DNA from: Camelus ferus
Taxonomy: Eukaryota
Length of the DNA stretch: 64,000 nt
NCBI RefSeq assembly: GCF_009834535.1
Contig: NC_045696.1
Coordinates: 32,738,001 to 32,802,000, forward strand
Reading direction: 5' to 3'
Shown here: positions 36,701 through 48,574 of the stretch, in pieces
How the letters are laid out: each line of letters starts with the position of its first letter
How positions within the stretch are numbered: position 1 is the stretch's first letter
Position numbers and translations under genes: made by a program
Notes under the pieces: model-generated
What the model saw: the letters and a program-made list of their open reading frames with translations, nothing else
The model's database searches: none
Told to the model about the DNA's origin: nothing

Positions 36701-38799
36701 GATTGAGTATGTTGCTAGGAAATTGTCATCTTAGAAGAATTACTATTCATAGTCAGACCGTACCTATGCTTTTGTTTTGTTCACTCATCCATGAATTAGG
36801 AAAATTTATCCAATATTTGTGCTTTCCAACAGAGTATTCAGACTGCCTTCGATTCCACTCTCTTTTAGCATGAATATTCAGTGAATATCCCTTATATCCA
36901 AACAAGAGGGGAAAAGATGTGCATAGTTCCTGAACCAATTAATGGTATCTAGTTGGCAGACAAGTTACCATAGACCTGTTGGGTTGAGATGCAATCTTCC
37001 TCAGTTCTTACTGCCTTTTGGTTTGGTACTCTGAACAGAAGAAGTACATAAACAATGATAATATTAAATAATCACGAGGGTGATTTCTGAATTAATTTTG
37101 TCTATTTTACTTTAAAATGTTGACATTTCCTCCCTGATTCTGTAAGCAACAGCCAATTCCCCAGCTAACCAGCTGTATAAATAATGTACCTGGAGCTTAT
37201 GTGCTGTCAGACATGTCTGACCAAAAAGGAAGATCTGAGACTGACAGGAGACTCTGTTAACATCCATGCCAGGGCACCGGCGTGTACTAGGATTATCCCA
37301 GGCAAACTGGGAAGTATGTTCACCCTAATTCTAGGATGTTCAGATGGATATGGAATACTAATCCAAGAATAAGGTAGCTGGGTTTTGTTAGTGTTCTGCT
37401 CCTTGAAATGGGAGCTTCCATGTACTAGAAGAATAGACACTAAGTTTTTACTCAGTCTGGTAATGTATCTCTAATCATGTGTTAAAATCTAGTCCATGTT
37501 CTCTCTTTATGTATTACATTCAATAAATATGTGTTCAATTTTGCCCATCCTCTTTGGCATAGATTAGCAGCTCCTAGTGAAGGTAGAGCAACAAATGGAT
37601 TCAATAAATATTTATATGGAACATCTACTAGGGTATCATATTTTTTAACTTACTTGAAGTATATCCAAAGCATTACCCCAGTGAGTAGGTGTCAGATGTT
37701 TTAGCGCTAGTAACTAAGTATGTACCATAAAGTGAACATTTTCAAATTATATTTAGTTCTGTTAGTGGCCACCTCAAAGCTTAATCTAATGATTTAAATA
37801 TATTACCTGATTTACCTTGACGTGCTCGTAACTTCTTAATGGCTGATTGTGTTAATACTGAGCGCTAGTCCATAGAGCACTGCTCCCAACATGTAACTGA
37901 CCTGGATGGCTGCTTCAAAGGCACTTAGTGAAAAGAGAAAGTCTGCTTAAGCAAGAGGGGGTTTAAAAATGTAAAACTGCGTCTTCATGTTTATGATCTA
38001 GCTCCAAGCAATATGCTTAATTGTGTACCATATGCAACTGTGCCTATGTTTATTGATCAGAAGGAATGAAAGTTGCAGGGTAGCCGCAGTGCTCGTTTTC
38101 TGTCATTAAATTTCGTGCAGCCGGCTGGACTGTTGGGATCTCTTCTTTTATCACCTGATGTCTAGTCTTCTTGCCGTAGCTGTCAGTTTCACCCAGGAGA
38201 GTGGTGCTACTTCCACCCCATGATGTTATAGCACTTCCCACTTCCCCAAAACTGCATGCGACAGTACAGACGCAGTTTGAGCGTTTCAGAATTTTACAGG
38301 CCCAAAAAAGCCTCTGCTGCTGCTAGAATTTTAAAATATATTCTTAAAATGTTATAAACTTTTTCCTGTCCAGATAACCATAGGTCATACAATCGATTAT
38401 CTTATAAAAGTTATGTAAACATATTTTATGAGGAAAATGCTGTGCCTTCCATGCTTAGTTTGTTCTTCTAGATATTTTATATACTAATCTAATACTTCAC
38501 ATGTTAACAGGTATTGCCTCTTCATTTCCTTTGTAATAGACAGCAATGCTTGGTTTTGTCTGATTTTCTCCTGTAAGTAAAAAATGCAGTAGTGTGTGGC
38601 ATCTACATGACAGTGCTCAGAATACAATGAGAAGAAAAGAGGAAAAAAAAAAGTAGCAATTAACTTTCTTTGGTATTTTGCTCCTAGGACATAAAATATT
38701 GATAGCTCAATTAAAAATACGAGTTCAAATGAAATGTACTTGCTCACTGTGAATTTATATGTGATTCATTAAAAAAACAGCTTTTCTGCAGCCTCTTTC

Positions 38800-38960
38800 A
38801 ATGGAATGTTGTAGAGCGAGGATACTGGACTGAGAAGCTGGAAACTCGTTTAACTCGTTCCTCTGCCGAGTCTGCCAGTGACTCCCTGTGCCCTGGTGGC
38901 AATCAGTTCACCTCTGGAGGCCTCAGTGTTCTCATCTGGAACATGACAGAGTAAAATTGC
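38800..38960 (+). mobile_element. MIR/MIR3 fragment
   Basis: actggactgagaag...tcagttcacctctggaggcctcagtgttctcatctgga. Confidence 0.65.
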
Positions 38961-40431
38961 ACACTCTAATGTCATTTCTAGATGAAAATCCAATGCTATG
39001 TGTTTATTTGGGAAGGAGACTGAAGTTTCAAGTTATCTTCACACTGTTGTACAAACCACTAAAATCGAAGCCCCAAATAAAATAATTTTATGTGATAGGA
39101 AGATGAAATGTGAAGCTTGCTTTGTGATTGTTGTTCTAGAAATATGTGAAAGTCTTATCCAGATAAAAGTGGCAGGAGGATGACAGATAATGGGAAACAT
39201 AAAGCCATTGAACTGTAATATCTGGCATATCTTTTCTAATTCCTTATTTTCCACTAAATGGGATCATTTCCTTGTTGATTCCCTCATTTAAGGCCAGCAA
39301 ATGGTTTTCCACAGCCCTGAATCTAGACTTGTTTGGCTGTACACTTTGGTAATCTGCTGCATGATAAGGGCAGGGATACAGTGTTCTTAACTTCTGTACT
39401 TAGCAGTGCAGGGACGCAGTGCTTGGGCTTCAGGGTCTGTGATAGATGTGGTCCGTGATCGCTGTCATTTCCAATATGTTCCTCTATGGCTCTGCTAACT
39501 CCTTTCTCATACACAACAAGCCAATCCTCTTATTTTCTATGAATTAGAAAACAATAATTCCTCTAGCAAAGGTGTGTGAGCCCTGGAAGTGAACACTTTA
39601 TCAATCTAAATTAGACCATAAGCATTTTGTTCAGTGAAGCATAGGCTACAGTTCATTGGTTCAGTAATATTAAATAATTATCATGTTGGGATAATAGCAC
39701 TTCCTGAACTTCTTAAACTTGTTGGTCAATCCATGAATCAATCCTTATCTCTTTTTAGAGAAGGAGGATAAAAATTAATCTTTCTCTGAATGCATTAACA
39801 GAATATGTTTTTAGTACTTTAAGTTTAAAAGAACTGAAAAGCATCTCAAGGAATATTCTAGAAATTAGTATTCTTGTAGAGTCTGGGTAGGAGAAACATA
39901 GCTTGCTTATAAAGTGCCATAAGTTACTTGAGTAAAATATATGTCTGTCTGGTATTATTCATACTTAATACTTTTAATCTGGCCTCAGCTTTTGAGTCTA
40001 TGCTTTAATGTCACATGCTTTTAAATATTGTAAATATATTTAAAGAAAATGGTTAGGAAAAAATGAAGAAGAGAGCTAGGTGAGAATGAACAAAGGAATC
40101 CAAAAAGGGCTCCTCCTTTGCAGGTAAATATTCAAAAAGAAATGGAGAATGGGACAGAAATTTATGGCATGCTGATAGAATTACTTCTGAAAAGCATTTT
40201 TTTCCAAAATGAAATACCTGTCTGTCTTTATGTTCTGTCTATCTCGATAGCTGATCTATAATGAGCTGAAGAAAAGATTTTGATCTTTTCTAAGAGTGTT
40301 TTGTCAGTGATCAGAAAGAACTGGTTCAGTTTCTTTCCAAGTTGAACCAGAATGTCACAAATCAAGAAAGGTGAGGTTTTTCAGCAAAAGGGGTAGTAAA
40401 TGCACTGAACCTTTACAAGCTGGTATAGTAT

Positions 40432-40462
<31 letters not shown>

Positions 40463-41046
40463 GGTGTGTGAGTAAAATGTATGGATAAAAGGATCTGTAC
40501 ACCTCTGACACTATTGGAGGCAAGTGGAAATATCATGGGGAGAGAGTGAAGTTGAGGTTAGCAGGATGGTTCCTAACCAAATCATTTATGAAACATAAAA
40601 CAAGTTGGACTAGTTTTAAACCTGTGCAAATAAGACACACATTCATTTGGAAAGAGAGCTTTCGTAGTGTTAACTAATCTTTTTCTTTTTTCATTAAAGC
40701 TCTTTCCAATCACTTTTAGCTTTGATATTTTTGCATTTGAATATTGAAATTTTCTTTAATTTACTTAAGCCTATATTTAAGTGATGTGTGTGGAAAGTAT
40801 GTGTATGTTGCCTTTGTCTCATATGTGTATGTGTTTAAGGAGAATTTATAGAATACATAAGTTCTTAAATATAAATCATGAAAGAACACACAGACTGCTT
40901 CTCAGAAAAGAATTTGTGTATTTCTAGCTCAGTTGTACTTCCTTTGACACTGGTGACCAATATAAATATATAGTTCATTACAGAATTTCAAAGGGCTAAT
41001 GAATAATGAGTCATCATTAGGGAATATTATTAACCTACTTTTTCTT

Positions 41047-41048
<2 letters not shown>

Positions 41049-41076
<28 letters not shown>
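41049..41076 (+). repeat. (TC)14 microsatellite
   Basis: Directly visible. Confidence 0.95.
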
Positions 41077-41081
<5 letters not shown>

Positions 41082-41599
41082 AAAGTATGGAGTTGGGAGA
41101 GGGGACTGACATCCAGGGATAAACTAAGAAGCTCAGTTTAAGACAGGAGGATGCTTATGCAGACCTCAAAATACAAAATCCTCTTGAGGGTCTACAAGTA
41201 TCTACCTACATTTCACTTGTATCTTGGTTTAGAAACCAAATTTTCATTTTTATCTCATCTCTTATGAGTGCAGTCTTTAGTGTTTAGCAATGAGGTTTCC
41301 TTTTGGTCTGTTTTCATTTCCAGTTTTCTTCACTCTTCACTCCAAATCCTCATCTTCATTGTTCTTTCTAGCTGAAAAATGTGGTCTTTTTGTCAGATGA
41401 GTCCCTTGATGGAAGTTAGGCAATACTAGATGCTCTAACAAATAGACCCCAGATGATGATTTGAACATAGTTAATGTACTTTTTTTTTTTCACTGTTACA
41501 CATCCATTGCCTTTATTACCTCATCTGCTTTTGTCCAATTTCTCTATCTGAGGCTTTATGGTGGGTGTCCATGACCAGAAGAAGAAATCATCATTCTCA

Positions 41600-41745
41600 C
41601 AATATAGTACATAGAAGATCATCCCTGGGACTTGTTTGAAGTTTATTTTCTCAGGTCCTAACCACAGGTATTTTTGTTCAGTGATTGTGGAGCAGGGGTC
41701 TTAATGTTAAGAGTGTCTGACATGATTTTGCTTCAGCGTTCTTCA
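41600..41745. mobile_element. MER5-like hAT remnant inside the transduced segment
   Basis: catccctgggacttgtttgaa...caggtcctaaccacagg..ttcagtgattgtggagcagggg resembles the MER5A core. Confidence 0.45.
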
Positions 41746-41891
41746 CACCATGTTGCTGCAAGCACCTCTGTCTTAGAGGAGCCTTGTTCCCCGGCTCCTT
41801 TCAGCTGCTGCATCTGATAGCCCTCTGCTTGGGTGACCCCTCCCCACACAGTGGCCTGGGAAGCTGCTTCCCATTACTTTTAACTCAGTTC

Positions 41892-42670
41892 TTTTTTTTT
41901 TTTCTTTTTGAGGGTTAGGCAAATCTTTTTTTTATTGAGTTATAATCATTTTACAATGTTGTGTCAAATTCCAGTGTACAGCACAATTTTTCAATTATAC
42001 ATGAACATACATACATTCATTGTCACATTCTCTTTCGCTGTGAGCCACAACAAGATCCTGTATATGTTTCCCTGTGCTACACAGTACAGTCTTGTTTATC
42101 TATTCTACATTTTGAAATCCCATTCTTCCCCTTCCTACTCCCCATCCCCCTGGCAACCACAAGTTTGTATTCTATGTCTATGAGTCTGTTTCTGTTTTGT
42201 ATTTATGTTTTGTTTTTTTTTTTTAGATTCTGCATATGAGCGATCTTGTATGGTGTTTTTCTTTCTCTTTCTGACTTACTTCACTTAGAATGACATTCTC
42301 CAGGAACACCCATGTTGCTGCAAATGGCGTTATGTTGTCAGTTTTTATGACTGAATAGTATTCCATTGTATAAGTATACCACCGCTTCTTTATCCAGTCA
42401 TCTGTTGATGGACATTTAGGCTGTTTCCATGTCTTGACTATTGTAAATAGTGCTACTATGAACATGGGGGCGCAGGTGTCATTTTGAAGTAGGGTTCCTT
42501 CTCGATATATGCCCAGGAGCGGGATTCCTGGGTCATATGGTAAGTCTATTCCTAGTCTTTGAGGAATCTCCATACTGTTTTCCACAGTGGCTGCACCAAA
42601 CTGCGTTCCCACCAGCAGTGTAGGAGGATTCCCTTTTCTACACAGCCTTTCCAGCATTTGTTATTTGTGG
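41892..42670 (-). mobile_element. Young 5'-truncated camelid-type L1 (ORF2 C-terminus, 3'UTR and tail)
   Basis: ORF 42223-42657 reads LGIDLPYDPGIPLLGIY...MFIVALFTIVKTWKQPKCPSTDDWIKK...EYYS...ILSEVSQKEK, the L1 ORF2 C-terminus. The upstream CW..C...[18 protein letters not shown] segment lies in another frame (1-nt frameshift near 42558-42560). AATAAA at 41936-41931. Confidence 0.95.
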
Positions 42671-45600
42671 CATAGTCAATGTACTTTTATTTTCTTGTTT
42701 ACCTATTGATCTGAGGTGAGTGTTCCTGATCTGAGGTGTGGCCCTTCTCAAGAAAGTTCATAGAAACAAGCTACCAAGGGCTTTGTCATCCTCTAAAGAA
42801 AAAAAGAGGCCTTAAGAGGCTATCTCAGTCAACTAGAAAGAGAGGAGGACATAGCAGAGTGCTGTGGGAATTTTTGGTGGGTCAAGCCTACAAAATAATC
42901 CCCTCTGCTCACAATCCTTTGTCATTCAACCATATGATCACACTAAAATTGAAAAGTAGAGAATGGGCAATGCGATCTACCATAAGGACAGGAAGAGGAA
43001 GAGGAACATTTTCATAAATAGCTAGCTGTCTCTGGACAAGAAATAACACTAAATGCTAGTTTTAGTCCACTTAACCCTACAACAGAAGCACTGATATCAT
43101 CAAACATGTATTTTCAGATTAGAGAAATGATCACTTAAAAAGTCTTTTGTTTGTTTCTATATTCAACATATCAATTTTTTTTTAATTTAAGTGGTCAAAT
43201 ATGCCTATGAATTAATCACTTACAGAGGATTTACTTAGTAATTAACTTTCTAGCCAATGGAAATGTTGTCAGGCACGCTGATATGTGAGTTGATCAGTCA
43301 AATAGGGTATAGTTCAGAGAAAGACTGGAGATTGCTGTATATTGGTTTAATGTCCTTGATTTTCCCAAACTTGAAGTTGAATGAGGACTAATGTCTGTTT
43401 CAACCTTGATCATTTCTGATACCTAACATAAAGAATGACACATTGTTCATAGTAAGTGCTAAAATAATATGTATAAACATGTATCAAATGAACAAAAAAG
43501 ACTAAAAGTTGATGAGACGTATAATTTCTTGTAAGTAATAACTAAATTATTAACTGTAACAGACTAAATATTTCCCTTTTAAAGGGAAAAAGTTCTACCT
43601 AGCCAGAAAAGCATTACATTAGTTTTTGAGGCTGATACTTCTTGTTTTGAAATTTATCTTGTGTTTGTGGAACTTGTTTACCTTTGATTACGCTTGGTAT
43701 GAAGCTCTTGCAATCTCATTAAATTCTTTGCTGTTTTTCAGCCTTACACCACTGTTTCCTCTACATCCTTTTGCTTTCTCAAGAAAAAAAAAAAAAAAAA
43801 GGAATTTTATGTCTGTATCTGAAAATGTACCAGAGTCTAAGAACACTGGCCAAGCATTGTCTATCAATAAACACATGTATAGTCTCCTCGTTTAAATGGA
43901 CAAGGGAAAATATTCAGTTGATTTCATATGCATATGGATGTTTTAAATTTAATGTGAATGTCCTAAAGACATTTTATACAGTATTATTCATGGTGGAGTT
44001 TCTTGTCATAAGACAGAAGCAATTAATAACAGAAAAACAACTATTTTCAGTGGTTTAAAGAGGAAGATTCTATGAAACATTTTTATATGTTAGTACAGCT
44101 ACCATACGCAAAACAGCATACACAAACATGCATTTTAATGTAAAGATATTCAGGAACTAGTTTTCATTTTACAACAATCCCAAGGGACATTTTATTTAAT
44201 GCTCATTCTTTATTATACCTTCAGTTGTAAAAATATATTCTCATGAAACCTTTTTATCAGTCTTTTGCAACCAGACAGATTACTCCCTCTTTTACACTAA
44301 GAAAAGCTCTGGAATTAGAAAATGTTTTCTTTAAAGTTTTGTATTTAATCTTTATTTTCCTGAAAGATAATGAAGACTGCCATTTCAATAGATCATCTTT
44401 AAGTCAGACATAAAATCATGTGGCACAGTAACTTTGGATAATGTTAGTAACTATTGTTAGGATAAGGAAGGCTGTAAAAAAAAAAAAAAAAAACTGGGAA
44501 AATAGCACAGCTGTATAGTTTATATTAAATAGCCAAGAGCCCCACAGCCTTAGTATTATAAATCTTCATGATACTAAAATATGATTTAAGTTTTCATTCA
44601 ATTTTTCCACATGTATAGCTAAATTATTACCAATCAGTTGAATCTAGAAAATACACTTAAATACATACATATAAATTATACACAGATGCACATACACATG
44701 CACATACATCATAATGATGAGGATGAGTCCTTCACTATCAAAATTTTGTCAAGTGATTTTAATAAACCTACATTAAAACTAAGGTGTAAACAAACTCAAA
44801 TTTAGAAATAAATAGAATGTTTAGCAGATGATTACTTAAGGAGACATCTAAGCAATAAGGAACTTCAGTGTCACGTATTGCTAAGACCCAAACCTTTGAA
44901 TGCTTCATTTGCCAAAATTGTTTTGTCAACTTTTCTGTCAGTTATTTCAAATCTTAAAAATTAGTACATTGACTTTTCTGCAAAACAGTTAAAACTATCC
45001 CATCTAAAAATTTTTACCCTTTTCTTGTATAATGAATTAGTACAATTATCATTGTTTCTGTTAATGAAGGAATTAGTAATATGGTAGTTCCTGGCCCAGG
45101 TCTTAAAGGTATAATTCAAAAAATTTGCATAGCATTTAACAGATTATGATGTATATTATATTGATGGTATTATATTGTAGCTTCATAAACCTGAAAAATA
45201 AAATCCATTCACTGTGCCTTATTAAGAGAATCATTTTTATTCAGAATTTTATAAACTGCTCTTTCCATTTGTCTATGATGACTTTTCTTCTTTAGCTGTT
45301 AGATATTTTTGCTTCCTCTAAATTCTACTCTGTGATATAGACTCTGTGCAACACTAGGTGAATTTGTGTGTTACAAGACTAGAGGTTGATCTTCCATTAT
45401 TTCAGTTACATGCAATCTGATACAATAAACTTACTTACTGACATGCAAAATGAATTATACTCTCACTTATGAGAAAACCATGCTCCAACACACAGTTGCT
45501 ATTCAGATAAATCCATTCACATCTACATGTTATTAGGTACTAAATTACCTTTAAAATAATTCAGTAATTTAAAAAATAGAAGATTTTTATTAAAGGATTC

Positions 45601-48167
45601 TTAGAGCAAAAGAAGAAATGTAATTTTAGTACAGGCAACCATTTCTAACATGAATTCGCTGATCTAGAAAATTACTTTAATGCGCATATCAATATATAAG
45701 CCAGTTGCTTATATTTCAGCAATTTTTAAAATATCTAGAATTCCATTTTGTTATGTAATTAAAGTACAAAAGAGTTTTTCAAAGTAAAATAATAATTATG
45801 AATTCATTATTTTATCCCAGTAAAAGAATGACATGTTTATTTAATTAATTGCAATTTATTTTAAAAAATTTAAATGGGAAAAAAACTATGTTGATTCTAT
45901 CTCTCTGTCTTCTTATATTGAAAAAAATTAAAATGTATTAATAGAAAAATACATCTTTAATTTTTTATGATAAAAAGACATGGTAGCTACAATTTAAGAA
46001 TTGAAAATGAGGATGTTGCAAACACTAGAGTACAAGAGAGAGAAAGCAAGAACAAATGCTCTTTATGAAATACCTCTACTTGGATGTCTCAAATTCATGT
46101 ACACTACTAAACTCAAATCATCATTTTCATTTTTAATATTTAACAACTTCATGCCTGTCATAATGTTTGGCATACAGTAGACGCTGAACAAATTGTTTTT
46201 GAGTGGAGAGGTGAACAGAAAATTATTTAATAAAAGACTGAATTTGAAATTCTCATCTTGCCATCCCCTAGCTATGTACTTTTAGACATATTACTTATCT
46301 TTATTTATATTGCCGATGACAATAATATTACACGTTGAGATTATCTCTGCATTTTTATTATAAGGAACTATATTTTTGTGCATTAGAGAAATGCTCTTTC
46401 AACAAAAATGGGAAGTTATTTTTAACAAAATGTTTGATATATCTTACATAAATAAACACTCATTGGTAACTGTTTTTACTTTGCAGTCATACTTATTTTA
46501 TCTATTTAACTAAAGATTTCTACATTAAAAGGGAAAGAGAAATCACACATGAGTTTAGTAATATGGTAAGTATTTGAAAAACAGGATATATCTCTGATAT
46601 GCCTAAAAGTTTTGTTAAATGATATGACTTGATTTGATACGGTCTTTGAATCACAGTTTAATTCATTCCTGTTTATTTGTTCCTCTAGTATAAATCAGGT
46701 TATACATTATTTATTCATGTTTCCTTTTAAACCATCTCAAATCCGTTGCTTATTATATTTCCGAGATGTATATAAATATGCATATATTTCTTTCTCTTAC
46801 TTTCTTCTGCTTATGCAAATTTTTCATTTTGTATTTCAGCATTATCATTTTCATAAATACATTTTAGATGACATTCTTCTCATGACATTCCAGTGTATCT
46901 AGTTGAATGGAGCATATTTGCTATATTTTAAACTCATTTTCATGGTTGACTCTTCTCGCACCTTTACCCATATTCTTTTGCTATTCTTTATACCTTCTTA
47001 CCCTTTCTCATTTCAATATGATTGACTTAAAGTGAAATCCAATTTTTGAAGCATCTTCCCACAATTTATGTTATTTCCTATAAGTGTGTAAACTCAGTGT
47101 TAGTAAGAACTTTATCTCAAATTATCTAACTTATGGGCAGACCAGTTTAGAGAACTTCTTAAATGTACCAGTTCAGAGTAGCAATAGTAGGCAGTCTGGA
47201 CCACATAGAAATGATGAACAATCTTTGTGAAGCAAACTTTAAAATCAAAGTGGATAAATTCACCAATGTTACATCCCATCTCATTTTAATATGCACACCT
47301 TGTAATTGCATACATAAGGTTGCATATTCCATCATCTGTGTAAAGAAAATCAGATAGAAGTTGTACATTTGTTGGGATTACTAGTCAGTGAGAAACTGCA
47401 TTTATTTCCTTATGTTTCTTGTTTGATTTCTTTACTTATTTATTTCAAGAAGGAAAGGAAATAGTACAATGGCCAGTTAACAATGATTGGATTGGGAAAG
47501 ATGTAAAAGACTAAGTAATATGTAATGAGCCAATAGCCTTTTACCAACATATGACAAAGAAAAAAAATGAATATTTCATGGGCTTTTATAGCACTTGAAA
47601 ATGAATAATAATTCTCAAAATAAAGACCAAGATTATTTAAGACAGATTTGCAATGTTAGATGAGGTGTAAGTGTACTCTTATATACTCTCATAGTATTTT
47701 GTATTTTTATTTCAATTTAAGTTCTATTAATGCTCTCATGAAGAAAAATAAGAATGTGATGGGTGATGTTTATATAACATTAATGCTACTAAGTTATGTG
47801 AAGTCTTAAACAGTAAAACAACAGAAATCTCTCTCAAGCTCTGTACTCTCTTTTAGCTTTTGTGAAATCTTTATTGTCAAGTTTCTTGAAAAGTGTTGGT
47901 TACACCTAATATCTTCACTTCATCACCTCTTGTTCACTTCCTAAAACACTGCATTCTGCTCTCTTTTTATGTTTTAAATTAATCTCTCCATAACAAAGCC
48001 CCTAAGACCTATTGATGGTCAGTCCCCATGGACATGTTTCTGATCTTTTATAAACTTGATTTTCCTCCAACATCTGAGGTGCAAAAATCTTTAATTCTTA
48101 AAATATTCTCTTGCCTTGGAATGTATCATTCTCTCTTCAGTAATCAACTACTTTAGTTTCCTCATCC

Positions 48168-48574
48168 AGTGGCTGCTATTTTGTTCATGTTCACTTGGGT
48201 TGTCTCTATCTACACTGCCCTTGGGCTTGACCCTGTGACTTGGGCAATGGAACAATAGCAAGCTTAAAGCAAAAAGAGACTTGAAATGTGCTTGCTGATT
48301 GGGTTGTACTCTTGGAACCTAAGAGCCATGAAATAAAGCCCAGTCACCACCTGTCACCCCTGCTGACAGCCAGCCTTCCCCCAGAATCAGAGCCCCCAAA
48401 AGCAGCAGACTGGCAACCATAGATAGCTTAGGGAGCACAATTCAAAATTAGAAGTGCCCTTTGGAGCTCTGTACAAATTGCCACTTCACAGAACTATGAA
48501 CTATAAAAATGGTTGTTGATATAAGCCACTATGTTTTGGGGTGATTTGCTCAACAGAAAAATTTAACAGATATA
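48168..48574 (+). mobile_element. MLT1 (G/H-like) LTR nested in an L2 remnant
   Basis: gagacttgaaatgtgcttgc...cacagaactatgaactataaaaatggttgttgatataagccactatgttttggggtgatttg...cagatata. Confidence 0.75.

Larger units (their letters stand above)
41414..43038. mobile_element. MLT1 (J/K-like) LTR split by an L1 insertion
   Basis: Left part agttaggcaatactagatgctctaacaaatagacccc (41414-41479); right part from ~42685 tttattttcttg...cctctgctcacaatcc...atagctagctgtctctggaca. Confidence 0.6.

Noticed and set aside
42223..42657. 144-aa ORF as a functional gene
   Set aside because: It is the C-terminus of a 5'-truncated L1 ORF2 with a frameshift near 42558-42560; the N-terminal part of the listed ORF is out of frame with ORF2.
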